From positions 102,796,001 to 102,860,000 of the forward strand of contig OZ024742.1 of assembly GCA_964016885.1 (NCBI GenBank): a stretch of DNA of 64,000 bases. The letters are read 5' to 3'. Each line of letters starts with the position of its first letter. The first letter of the stretch is position 1. Made by a program: the position numbers and the translations under genes. A model generated the notes under the pieces. It was given only the letters and a program-made list of their open reading frames with translations, was not told the DNA's origin and did not search any database. Positions 35,625 through 50,936 of this stretch are shown here, in pieces. This DNA comes from Eledone cirrhosa (Eukaryota).

Positions 35625-38600
35625 ACTGACACAGCCACACAACACCACACACTGATATTACCACACACTGACACAGCCACACAACACCACACACTGATAT
35701 TACCACACTGACATAGCCACACAACACCATACACTGATATTACCACACTGACACAGCCACACAACACCACACACTGATATTACCACACACTGACACAGCC
35801 ACACAACACCACACACTGATATTACCACACTGACACAGCCACACAGCACCATACACTGATATTACCACACTGACACAGCCACACGACACCACACACTGAT
35901 ATTACCACACTGACACAGCCACACAACACCACACACTGATATTACCACACAGACACAGCCACACAGCACCATACACTGATATTACCACACTGACACAGCC
36001 ACACGACACCACACACTGATATTACCACACAGACACAGCCACACAACACCACACACTGATATTACCACACTGACACAGCCACACAACACCACACACTGAT
36101 ATTACCACACAGACACAGCCACACAACACCACACACTGATATTACCATACACTGACACAGCCACACAACACCACACACTGATATTACCACACTGACACAG
36201 CCACACAACACCACACACTGATATTACCACACACTGACACAGCCACACAACACCATACACTGATATTACCACACTGACACAGTCACACAACACCACACAC
36301 TGATATTACCACACAGACACAGCCACACAACACCACACACTGATATTACCACACACTGACACAGCCACACAACACCACACACTGATATTACCACACTGAC
36401 ACAGCCACACAACACCACACACTGATATTACCACACAGACACAGCCACACAACACCACACACTGATATTACCACACTGACACAGCCGCACAACACCATAC
36501 ACTGATATTACCACGCAGACACAGCCACACAACACCACACACTGATATTACCACACACTGACACAGCCACACAACACCACACACTGATATTACCACACTG
36601 ACACAGCCACACAGCACCATACACTGATATTACCACACTGACACAGCCACACAGCACCACACACTGATATTACCACACAGACACAGCCACACAACACCAC
36701 ACACTGATATTACCACACACTGACACAGCCACACAACACCACACACTGATATTACCACACAGACACAGCCACACAACACCATACACTAATATTACCACAC
36801 TGACCCAGCCACACAACACCACACACTGATATTACCACACAGACACAGCCGCACAACACCACACACTGATATTACCACACACTGACACAGCCGCACAACA
36901 CCACACACTTATATTACCACACTGACACAGCCACACAGCACCATACACTGATATTACCACACACTGACACAGCCGCACAACACCACACACTGATATTACC
37001 ACACTGACACAGCCACACAGCACCATACACTGATATTACCACACTGACACAGCCACACGACACCACACACTGATATTACCACACTGACACAGCCACACAA
37101 CAACATACACTAATATTACCACACAGACACAGCCACACAGCACCATACACTGATATTACCACACTGACACAGCCACACGACACCACACACTGATATTACC
37201 ACACAGACACAGCCACACAACACCACACACTGATATTACCACACTGACACAGCCACACAACACCACACACTGATATGACCACACAGACACAGCCACACAA
37301 CACCACACACTGATATTACCACACTGACACAGCCACACAACACCATACACTGATATTAGCACACAGACACAGCCACACAACACCTTACACTGATATTACC
37401 ACACAGACATAGCCACACAACAACATACACTGATATTACCACACAGACACAGCCACACAACACCACACACTGATATTACCACACAGACACAGCCACACAA
37501 CACCACACACTGATATTACCACACTGACACAGCCACACAACACCTTACACTGATATTACCACACAGACACAGCCACACAACACCACACGCTGATATTACC
37601 ACACAGACATAGCCACACAACACCTTACACTGATATTACCACACAGACACAGCCACACAACACCATACACTGATATTACCACACAGATACAGCCACACAA
37701 CACCATACACTGATATTACCACACAGACACAGCCACACAACACCACACACTGATATTACCACACTGACACAGCCACACAACACCACACACTGATATTACC
37801 ACACAGACACAGCCACACAACACCACACACTGATATTACCACACTGACACAGCCACACAACACCTTACACTGATATTACCACACAGACACAGCCACACAA
37901 CACCACACGCTGATATTACCACACAGACACAGCCACACAACACCTTACACTGATATTACCACACAGACACAGCCACACAACACCATACACTGATATTACC
38001 ACACAGACACAGCCACACAACACCACACACTGATATTACCACACAGACACAGCCACACAACACCACACACTGATATTTCCACACTGACACAGCCACACAA
38101 CACCACACACTGATATTACCACACAGACACAGCCACACAACACCACACACTGATATTACCACACTGACACAGCCACACAACACCATACACTGATATTACC
38201 ACACTGACACAGCCACACAACACCACACACTGATATTACCACACAGACACAGCCACACAACACCACACACTGATATTACCACACAGACACAGCCACACAA
38301 CACCACACACTGATATTACCACACTGACACAGCCACACAACACCATACACTGATATTACCACACTGACACAGCCACACAACACCACACACTGATATTACC
38401 ACACAGACACAGCCACACAACACCACACACTGATATTACCACACAGACACAGCCACACAACACCACACACTGATATTACCACACTGACACAGCCACACAA
38501 CACCACACACTGATATTACCACACAGACACAGCCACACAACACCTTACACTGATATTACCACACAGACACAGCCACACAACACCTTACACTGATATTACC

Positions 38601-41600
38601 ACACTGACACAGCCACACAACACCACACACTGATATTACCACACAGACACAGCCTCACAACACCACAGACTGATATTACCACACAGACACAGCCACACAA
38701 CACCACACACTGATATTACCACACACTGACACAGCCACACAACACCACACACTGATATTACCACACAGACACAGCCACACAACACCATACACTGATATTA
38801 CCACACAAACACAGCCACACAACACCATACACTGATATTACCACACAGACACAGCCACACAACACCACACACTAATATTACCACACTGACACAGCCACAC
38901 AACACCACACACTGATATTACCACACTGACACAGCCACACAACACCACACACTGATATTACCACACAGACACAGCCACACAACACCACACACTGATATTA
39001 CCACACTGACACAGCCACACAACACCATACACTGATATTACCACACTGACACAGCCACACAACACCACACACTGATATTACCACACTGACACAGCCACTC
39101 AACACCACACACTGATATTACCACACAGACACACCCAACAACACCACACACTGATATTACCACACTGACACAGCCACACAACACCACACACTGATATTAC
39201 CACACAGACACAGCCACACAACACCATACACTGATATTACCACACACTGACACAGCCACTCAACACCACACACTGATATTACCACACTGACACAGCCACA
39301 CAACACCACACACTGATATGACCACACAGACACAGCCACACAACACCACACACTGATATTACCACACTGACACAGCCACACAACACCACACACTGATATT
39401 ACCACACTGACACAGCCACACAACACCACACACTGATATTACCACACTGACACAGCCACACTACACCATACACTGATATTACCACACTGACACAGCCACA
39501 CAACACCACACACTGATATTACCACACACTGACACAGCCACTCAACACCACACACTGATATTACCACACACTGACACAGCCGCACAACACCACACACTGA
39601 TATTACCACACTGACACAGCCGCACAACACCATACACTGATATTACCACACTGACACAGCCACACAACACCATACACTGATATTACCACACAGACACAGC
39701 CACACAACACCTTACACTGATATTACCACACTGACACAGCCACACAACACCACACACTGATATTACCACACTGACACAGCCACACAACACCATACACTGA
39801 TATTACCACACAGACACAGCCACACAACACCACACACTGATATTACCACACTGACACAGCCACACAACACCACACACTGATATTACCACACAGACACAGC
39901 CACACAACACCATACACTGATATTACCACACAGACATAGCCACACAACACCACACACTGATATTACCACACTGACACAGCCACACAACACCATACACTGA
40001 TATTACCACACAGACACAGCCACACAACACCACACACTGATATTACCACACACTGACACAGCCACACAACACCACACACTGATATTACCACACAGACACA
40101 GCCACACAACACCACACACTGATATTACCACACTGACACAGCCACACAACACCACACACTGATATTACCACACAGACACAGCCACACAACACCACACACT
40201 GATATTACCACACTGACACAGTCACACAACACCACACACTGATATTACCACACAGACACAGCCACACAACACCACACACTGATATTACCACACTGACACA
40301 GCCACACAACACCATACACTGATATTACCACACAGACATAGCCACACAACACCACACACTGATATTACCACACTGACACAGCCACACAACACCATACACT
40401 GATATTACCACACAGACACAGCCACACAACACCACACACTGATATTACCACACACTGACACAGCCACACAACACCACACACTGATATTACCACACAGACA
40501 CAGCCACACAACACCACACACTGATATTACCACACTGACACAGCCACACAACACCACACACTGATATTACCACACAGACACAGCCACACAACACCACACA
40601 CTGATATTACCACACTGACACAGTCACACAACACCACACACTGATATTACCACACAGACACAGCCACACAACACCACACACTGATATTACCACACTGACA
40701 CAGCCACACAACACCATACACTGATATTACCACACAGACATAGCCACACAACACCACACACTGATATTACCACACAGACACAGCCACACAACACCATACA
40801 CTGATATTACCACACAGACATAGCCACACAACACCACACACTGATATTACCACACTGACACAGCCACACAACACCATACACTGATATTACCACACAGACA
40901 CAGCCACACAACACCACACACTGATATTACCACACACTGACACAGCCACACAACACCACACACTGATATTACCACACAGACACAGCCACACAACACCACA
41001 CACTGATATTACCACACTGACACAGCCACACAACACCATACACTGATATTACCACACAGACACAGCCACACAACACCACACACTGATATTACCACACTGA
41101 CACAGCCACACAACACCACACACTGATATTACCACACTGACACAGCCACACAACACCATACACTGATATTACCACACAGACACAGCCACACAACACCACA
41201 CACTGATATTACCACACTGACACAGCCACACAACACCACACACTGATATTACCACACAGACACAGCCACACAACACCATACACTGATATTACCACACTGA
41301 CACAGCCACACAACACCACACACTGATATTACCACACTGACACAGCCACACAACACCATACACTGATATTACCACACAGACACAGCCACACAACACCACA
41401 CACTGATATTACCACACTGACACAGCCACACAACACCATACACTGATATTACCACACAGAGACAGCCACACAACACCACACACTGATATTACCACACAGA
41501 CATAGCCACACAACACCACACACTGATATTACCACACAGACACAGCCACACAACACCACACACTGATATTACCACACAGACATAGCCACACAACACCACA

Positions 41601-41848
41601 CACTGATATTACCACACAGACATAGCCACACAACACCACACACTGATATTACCACACTGACACAGCCACACAACACCACACACTGATATTACCACACAGA
41701 CACAGCCACACAACACCACACACTGATATTACCACACACTGACACAGCCGCACAACACCACACACTGATATTACCACACAGATACAGTCACACAACCTCA
41801 CACACCAATACACCCACACTGACACACCAATACAACACACAACACCAT
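35625..41848. repeat. 6.2-kb 40-bp satellite array (~155 units, with 42-bp variants)
   Basis: Unit CACACTGATATTACCACAC(T/A)GACACAGCCACACAACAC; degenerate units at both edges. Confidence 0.98.
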
Positions 41849-42743
41849 TTTATATATGGTGATAAGAATGTATTTAAAAGCCAAAATGTTTATGTGAAAT
41901 CTATGAGCCATGTTATTCAGTTTGTGAATGGATATTTGACAAAGCTTCAGAGGTCTTGTTAGAGATGTGGAAAATGGTAAAACTAGTGTGTGTTTGATCA
42001 AAGAACGATATTGATGAGGGCAAAATCTATTGAACTGTAGATACTCTGTGACACTGGTGCGTTCTGCAGTCACACATGGCATTATGGCAGCCAATACTCA
42101 TACTAATGTGATCTATTGATTTTTTTAATAAGGCAACTAAATTTGTTTTTATTATAGTTGTTATTGTCATTGTCGTTGTCGGTGTTGTTGTTTAGTTGCT
42201 ACTCTCAATTTAACACTTTAAAGCATCCATTAAAATTTGTACACTGATCCTGTCTGGTCTGGGACAATGCATCTTTACCTTTTCATGACTATATTTTAAA
42301 TGAAATATATAATATTTCAGTTAATTAATAAAGAATTTAGAAGGATTTACTTAAGATTATTAATTATTTTGTTACTAAGATAATGTTTGTAAGATAAATT
42401 CACAAAAAGTTCTTATATCAAATTGCCATCATCATCATCATCATTTAATTTTTTTCCCCCTTCGAGCAAAGGTTGGAAGTACTGACCTCTCAGATGGGTT
42501 GATATTCCACAGCTTGCTTACAATGTTCCCATGCTCTACTGAGTACATTTTATCATGACACCAACAAAAGGGAGGTTGTCATATCTTTGACACTGCTAGT
42601 TTTGTTTTATAGAAATAGAATCAGTTTTTGGCAGGTTGCTATCAAAAGGGTTTTAGAAAATGAAGGGAATAAATATATTGCCAATCCATGCCAGCATGGA
42701 AAATAGAGATAAAATGATAATATCATCATCATCATTTAATATG

Positions 42744-42787
<44 letters not shown>

Positions 42788-42843
42788 GATATCCGTAGAT
42801 AAAAGGCCAAAGAAAACGATCCTCAATATATGGCAAGAGAGCT

Positions 42844-43132
42844 TACACTTAACATGTATGCGTGACTTTAGGTTTCGAGGTCCAGTCGTGGCCACCACTG
42901 TATAGTGGAGGAGCTATGCTAGTCTCTGTTTGTAATTTTGTCCTGGCATTCAATGGGAGGCCAGTATTGTCCTGGCATTCAATGGGAGGCCAGTATTGTC
43001 CTGGCATTCAATGGGAGGCCAGTATTGTCCTGGCATTCAATGGGAGGCCAGTATTGAAATGGCTTCTCCACTATATGGTGGTGGCTGCGACTGCACCCTA
43101 AAACCTAAGGTCATGCATACCTGTTAAGTGTA
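42844..43132. mobile_element. MITE with ~72-bp TIRs enclosing 4 x 29-bp tandem repeats
   Basis: Arms 42844-42917/43059-43132 (TA ends). Unit TTGTCCTGGCATTCAATGGGAGGCCAGTA starts at 42938, 42967, 42996 and 43025. Confidence 0.8.
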
Positions 43133-46100
43133 TGGAATTTTAGTTATACTGAATTCTACTGGTAACATGTAACATGTACAACTTGTCCTATTGTTAGGTT
43201 GTTGGCGACTAAACTGGCAACCCCACCATGTTTGCTTGGTGAGGAGGGTGATTTTGGACACCATGTGGGATGAAAAACAAAACCTTACAATGGGCAGAGG
43301 AACTCATGAGAGTCAACAGCTATCCAATAGTGTGTACATATGTACATATTGTGTGTGTATAAATATGTATATGTTAATTTAAGAGTATACAGAGCTATAG
43401 TAGTTTTCACTGGCTGGCATTGGATGGTCTTTTGTGCCGTCCCCATTTGTTCCAATGTCTGTTCACCATTTCCACTCAGCAAACTGCTGGCATGCAATAT
43501 GTTCTCATTCAAGCTGAACCCCTAGTCTCTCTCAGTTTGAAGACAGACCTACATAGTGAAGAGCTATATCCTACATCAAGGGCCTCAGATATAGCTATCA
43601 TGGAAAAGTCTAGCAGAACAGGTTGGATCTAGAGGAATAAGCCTTGATAACAATGCTTATTTAGTAGTAAGCAGTAGCTCATGTGGCAACAATCATTTTA
43701 ATTAGATGACCTTAGTATTTTGAACACCAGTGGCTTCGCAGATGATCGACTATTAATGGAACAACTACACCAGTTAGTGGAGAAATCTATGAGAATGTAG
43801 GTGTAGCAAACCACATATATTTTAGCCATTAGAAAAAGCAAAATGCTTCACCTTTGATGGAGGGTGACTCAAGAAGAAGAAGAAAGTGTATATATGACAT
43901 ATTGTCTGAAACACAGCTCAGTCACTCAAACAGAGAATGTTTCAGTTTCAATGCAAGAGGAAAGTTAAATTGCCTCCATGTATTTTACAGAGACATTGAG
44001 TATGAGTAGATTGAGTATTGAACTTGTGGGGCACTAGAATATTTTATCTTTGTATTAGTTTAAAAGTCTGTACTGATACATCTATTCAGTTTTAAAATGT
44101 ATAATCTTTTCTAAGTTCTACTACATATGTACTGTAAAGCCTCTATATTATTTCTAAATGTCAATTAATGCTGAACATTGAGTCCCTGTCATATGGTGGC
44201 TATTTTAAATGGAGTTGCTTTTCTAATTTTAGGGCTTTAGACATTTTGGACATGTACTTTTTTTGGTCAGCACAAAGTTTTCTTGATAACCGTGGCAAAA
44301 GCACATGGCTACCCTGGATTGGACATTGGGGTAATGAAATGTCTCTAAATATCTATATTAAACATTTTAACCCATTTGTGTATCATTGTATTGAGTACCA
44401 TCAAACAAAAGTGCAGCTTAACACAAAACTATGCGTTATTTTCATGGGAAACTGGTCTGTTGAACATTTAAGTCAGCATAAAACTTCAGCTTTTAAGCCC
44501 TTTTAACTGAATTTTTGCTCAAAAGTCCACCAAAGCTGGGGGATTCCAGAAAGTATTAACCCTTATAGTGTGGAATGATCTGACATTTTTAAAATTTGAG
44601 TTTTCTGAAGAATTTCTTAGAGCAAGAATGGAAAAATTTCATTACAACAAACTATTACATTTCTAAAAGTAGCCTGATTTTTAGACTTGTTTAGAAAACT
44701 AGTAAAATTCAATAAACTATCTTTCATAAAAGTGCCAGTTTAATCTCTGGTTTACTGGCTTTGATATTTTATGGCCTTTTCATTTTGGATGATTTTTCAA
44801 GATATTTTGTGGATTTTTGTTAACTAATTTTTTGTGTAAATGAACTGCAAAATTACTATCTTTAAATTATTATAAAATTCAATAGTAGACACAATATTTT
44901 TTAGCTGTGTGTGTTTTCTTTGTTTGTTTGTTTGTTTGTTTGTTTGTTTGTTTTCTTTGTTTTTTTGTTTGTTTTTGCTTCTTCTCTCTAAAGGTTTTAT
45001 TCAATAGAAATTTTGCAATAAACAATTATAGGAAAAACTTTAAGAAATAATATTTTCCTACTCTGGGTGCACTGTGGTGAGATGGTTCCATCTTGCTTGT
45101 ATGTTCCATTTTTGGCTTGGTTTCTATGGCTGGATGTCCTTTTTAATGCCAACCATATTATAGTATGCACTGAGAGCATTTTATGGTGACTTTGGCACTA
45201 TCACCTTACTGGGTGGGCTGTTTTTTGGTTGTTGTGCCATCAACACTACTGCCTTACAGTGCAGGCTGAGTGTTTTTTATCATGGCAACAACACTGTGTG
45301 TTTGTATATATATATATATGTATATATGCCAGTCAACACAAAAAGATGTCCCTCATAAGCAATACATTCTGCAGTGTAGTGGTTCAACAAACATTAGTGG
45401 TATACACATTATAAAATAAAAATAAGGGGCTGATTGGCACCAGGGAGAGCATCCAACCGTAGAAATCCTGCCTTAGAATGTCTCATTCTAATCCATGCAA
45501 GCATGAAAAAAGGGAAGTAAAAAATCTTTGATGATGATGTTGTTCATTGAATTCCTTTATAACTGTGAAGGCAAGATGTTGTTGGTTGTACAGGGTTTGA
45601 ATATTGAAGCTGTGCTATATAGCTTTCTGTTTAGTCATAATACCGACAAGCTGTATTGGGGTGTAAAGCATTTATCCATAGAAAACCTGCCTCAAAATGT
45701 CTTATTCCAACCTAAACAGGTATGAAAAAAATGATGACAATGATGATGATAATGATCTTCATTGTATTTTTTTATAACCGTAATGTTATCCATGTGTTTC
45801 TGGTTTACAACAGGTACACCATATCCCTGCATGTCGTTAGAAGCGACTAAAAGGTTTGGTGTCAGCATCCCTTTGAAAACATTGTCTCAGAAAGTCCTGT
45901 CGAAACTATGTCCCCATAGAAAAGTTGATGTAAAAATGACGATGATGATGATGATGATGATGATGTGATGGCAAGATGTCGTTAGTTGTACAGGGTTTGA
46001 ATGCTGAAGCTATACTATATAACTTTCTGTTTAGTCATGATGCCAACAAGCTGTAATTGGGATGTAGTCGGAAGTGGTGAAGATAAAGGTCTTAATTGGC

Positions 46101-46561
46101 CGGAAGTGGCGGTTGAGATTGTCACAGCATGAAAGGTTCTTTATTAGATGAGGTGTTATTTTCTTCTACTTCACCTCTCCACTTTACATTTTGATTCAGT
46201 CTCCATTCCTCTTTCCCTCTCTGTCTCTTTCCCTGCTCTTCTACTTCTATCTATCTATCTCTTCTTCTTCTCTCTCTCTCTACCCTCTCTCTCTCTTTCT
46301 CTCTCTGTCTCTCTGTGACTGATGTTGGCTATCTCTGACTTGTGTGTCTCTTCTATTTTAATTGGGTGGTCACTTGTCAACTGCTACTGTATTGCGCTTT
46401 ATTATCAGCAACCAACTGGCTGTTAGAGAAGGTACAAATAGTTATGTATGTGTTGATTCTTGCCATAGTTTATATTTTGTACACAGATTAAAATAAAGAA
46501 CAAAAACACACACAATCAACAATAGCAACTTAATTATCACTTTTGGAAATGTATGTATTGT

Positions 46562-47945
46562 CAAGGTTTGCTCCCTTCTAAACCCTCTGTGGGGTCTCAG
46601 GATATGCAATCTTTGTGCATCCATCCCACACCTCCCAGGACAGCTCGCTGGCCTATTGCCAATTTTTGCGGCATGAAATGGAGACTGCAATATATTTTTT
46701 GAACAGGCCCCTCTACCAAGCTCTCAATATGTCCCTTGTTAACTCACATGAAGGACAATGCAATATGGTTCTTTTTCGTTCCTCTCGCCATATTGCAGTT
46801 TTGGTGGTACTTTCTCAAACCCATGAAGGCTAGGCTTTTTTAGAGGCAGCCTTTCTCGCCTCATCATAGCTATGTTACTGGGTTGTGAGACTTTTCTTGG
46901 GAGCTACAGGTGTCATCTCCCCTAGGAGTTTACAGCTGTTGGTCTGGGGTTGCTTATTTGTCTAGAAGCTGCCTACTTATATCGCAACTAACCACCATAT
47001 TTGGTGGCCATATTGCTATCCACCACCTGCGACCCATTCTCTAGCAGAACAGCTCTGCTGAGATGTTAAAAACCTTAAATAGAGGAGGTATTCTCTGGCT
47101 GACCGGTGTGTGCCAGGTGGCCTGGATCTCTGTAAAGGTCCCTAAGCAATGGCAATCGGAAGTGATAACCCCAATTTTCAAAAAGGGAGAAAAGAGAGAT
47201 CATTCCAATTACAGAGGGATCTCCTTGTTAAGCCTCCCTGGTAAAGTCTATGCTAAGTGTCAGGCAAAGAGATGCAAGGAGATTGTCGAGTCTAAGCCAG
47301 CTAATGAACAGTGTGAATCTCACCCCGGATGCAGTGTATTGCCAAGAGGTATATTCTTGCTTTGTAGATCTCGAAAAGGCATATGACCACATTCATTGGG
47401 ATCTGCTGTGAAAGGTTCTGTAGGAGTATGGGATCAATGGTCAGTTTCTTGCTGCCCTGTTGTCCCTATATGAATGCCTGAGTATTTGTATTTGGATAAA
47501 TAGAGCTAAATCGAAACCATTCAATGTGGGTGTCAGATTCTACCAAGGGTGTGTATTGTTACCTCCCCTGTTCATTATTTTCATGAACAGGATTGACATA
47601 TGCAGCTGGGTTCAAAGTGGTATCACGACTGATATGTGTAAAATCAGTTAGCTGTAATTTGCAGATGACATAGTGTTGCTTAACTCAACAAAAGGTGATC
47701 TCCGACTTGCACCTGATAGATTTGATGCTGAGTGCTGCATGGCTGGAATGAAAATCAATGCTGTGAAAACTGAGACAGTCATCCTCTCAAGGAAGCCTCC
47801 GCAGTGCACTCTACTTGTGAATAGAATTCCACTGAAGTAGGTGGAGAAGTTGAAGTATCTTGGGGCAGCATTTACAAGGGATGGAAGGTATGAGGCTGAA
47901 TTAAGTGCAAGAATTGCAGGAGCTGGTGTAGTAATGTGACCTTGC
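46562..47945 (+). mobile_element. Decayed Expander/Rex3-like RTE LINE with inverted 5' segment
   Basis: 47045-47945 RT: EMLK...W...PIFKKG...NYRGISLLSLPGKVYAK, DLEKAYD, QGCVL, FADD, KYLG. 46562-46717 is the reverse complement of 53328-53480. Confidence 0.85.
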
Positions 47946-48613
47946 AACAATATTGATTTTTTTATTATTTAGGCACAAGACCAGTCAATGCTTGGTGTAG
48001 GGCAAATTTGACTACTTGTGTGGAAGGATGAAAAGCAAAGTTGACCGTGGCAGGATTTGAACTCAGAATGTAAAGAACCAGAACAAATACTGTAATGCCA
48101 TTTTATCCAACACTCTCCTAATTCTGCCAATCCACCACACTTGCCCTTGTAACAATATTAATGATTATTATTTTTTGTTATGGTATAGTATTTGACTTAT
48201 ATTTTGTCCAATGGTGTATTATAAGGAGGAAGATAAAGAGGTTTGTGTAAAGCCAAGATTGCATACTATGATAAGAAACTATTGATGATGATGATGATGA
48301 TGATGATGACGATAGTGATGGTGGTGGTGGTGGTGGTGATAGAAGTAGTAGTGAAAGTGGTGGTGGTAGTGAACATGGTGGCCATGGTAGTAGTGGTGAT
48401 GGCAGTGGTGATGATAATGGCAGTAGGGAAGATGGTGGTGATAGTATTAGTAAGGAAGGTGGTGGTTATGGAAGTGGTGGTGAGGGTGATGAGGGTTATA
48501 ATAAAGATGTGTACGTGTTTGTGTACATGTGTCATTATTACAGTATAGTGTAACAGTGCACATGTGTACTTTCTGTGTTATGACATAATGCAATAAGACT
48601 GATCGAATATTAT

Positions 48614-50125
48614 ATAATGTGTACATGTGTGGCTGTGTATATATTACATAATGTGTATATGTGCACAAGTGTGCATGTGTGTATATATTGCATAATGTAT
48701 ATATGCACATGTGTGGCTGTGTATATATTACATAATGTGTATATGTGCACAAGTGTGCATGTGTGTATATATTGCATAATGTATATATGCACATGTGTGG
48801 CTGTGTATATATTACATAATGTGTATATGTGCACAAGTGTGCATGTGTGTATATATTACATAATGTATATATGCACATGTGTGGCTGTGTATATTTATTA
48901 CATAATGTGTATATGTGCACAAGTGAGCCTGTGTGTATATATTACATAATGTATATATGTGCAAATTTTTGCCTGTGTATATATCATATAATGTGTATAT
49001 GTGCACATTTTTGCCTGTGTGTATATATCATATAATGTGTATATGTGCACATTTTTGCCTGTGTGTATATATCATATAATGTGTATATGTGCACATTTTT
49101 GCCTGTGTGTATATATCATATAATGTGTATATGTGCACATTTTTGCCTGTGTGTATATATCATATAATGTATATATGTGCAAATTTTTGCCTGTGTATAT
49201 ATCATATAATGTGTATATGTGCACATTTTTGCCTGTGTGTATATATCATATAATGTGTATATGTGCACATTTTTGCCTGTGTGTATATATCATATAATGT
49301 GTATATGTGCACATTTTTGCCTGTGTGTATATATCATATAATGTGTATATGTGCACATTTTTGCCTGTATGTATATATCATATAATGTGTATATGTGCAC
49401 ATTTTTGTCTGTGTGTATATATCATATAATGTGTATATGTGCACATTTTTGCCTGTGTGTATATATCATATAATGTGTATATGTGCACATTTTTGCCTGT
49501 GTGTATATATCATATAATGTGTATATGTGCACATTTTTGCCTGTATGTATATATCATATAATGTGTATATGTGCACATTTTTGTCTGTGTGTATATATCA
49601 TATAATGTGTATATGTGCACATTTTTGCCTGTGTGTATATATCATATAATGTGTATATGTGCACATTTTTGCCTGTGTGTATATATCATATAATGTGTAT
49701 ATGTGCACATTTTTGCCTGTGTGTATATATCATATAATGTGTATATGTGCACATTTTTGCCTGTGTGTATATATCATATAATGTGTATATGTGCACATTT
49801 TTGCCTGTATGTATATATCATATAATGTGTATATGTGCACATTTTTGTCTGTGTGTATATATCATATAATGTGTATATGTGCACAGTTTTGCCTGTGTGT
49901 ATATATCATATAATGTGTATATGTGCACATTTTTGTCTGTGTGTATATATCATATAATGTGTATATGTGCACATTTTTGCCTGTGTGTATATATCATATA
50001 ATGTGTATATGTGCACATTTTTGTCTGTGTGTATATATCATATAATGTGTATATGTGCACATTTTTGTCTGTGTGTATATATCATATAATGTGTATATGT
50101 GCACATTTTTGCCTGTGTGTATATA
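48614..50125. repeat. Minisatellite: 84-bp dimeric units changing to 44-bp monomers
   Basis: GTGCAC recurs every 84 bp at 48661/48745/48829, then every 44 bp from 49001 (GTGTATATGTGCACATTTTTGCCTGTGTGTATATATCATATAAT). Confidence 0.96.
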
Positions 50126-50772
50126 TATGTGTATGATAGGATGATGATGATGTGTGGCAGTTTGATACAATGAAGTTAGAAAATTAAATAACATGGTGGG
50201 TGTATGTGTGTATTATTGTATAAAATAGTGAAAGCATTAGATTACCAGAGAATGTGTATTTTGTGTGTATGAGTGTATGCATGTGTGTGTGTGAGTGTAT
50301 GTATGCATCTGTGTGCATTATAGTGTGTAAAAGTAGATTTGATCTGCTAAAATTACATGTGGAAAAAGGCAAGAATATAGTGTTGTTGCTGTTTAACCCT
50401 AGGTCAGCCATGATCAAGTAAATCAATAATCAAAAGTATTCCAAGCATGACCACTCCATTATTCTCTCAGGTACTGCCTACCTCTGACTACTTTATGCAA
50501 TGTGCCCCTTCCTTTTTAAAACAGCAGGATGATAATTTGAGGCAAATTTGGCTGCTATTTATTTATTTGGCCTGTGAAAATGCTATTTTATGTAAAGCTT
50601 GGGCTGGTTTATTGGATGATTGGGGTATCACTAGAGAATTTGTTTTCATAAAACTAACTACACATCTCATTTGTAGTGAGCTTGTGATCTCTTCTAGCTG
50701 GTAAAAAAGAACAACTGTATTTTAATACAACTGCAATTAGAATGTATATATTTTTCCTTGAATGTGTCACAA

Positions 50773-50936
50773 GGAATATTTTTGTAACTATATATAGCAG
50801 TTTTTGTAACCATATATAGCAGTTTTTGAAACCATATATAGCAGTTTTTGTAACCACATATAGCAGTTTTTGTAACCATATATAGCAGTTTTTGTAACCA
50901 CATATAGCAGTTTTTGTAACCACATATAGCAGTTTT
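50773..50936. repeat. 21-bp minisatellite, ~7 copies
   Basis: Unit ATATAGCAGTTTTTGTAACC(A) with CA/TA variation. Confidence 0.93.
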
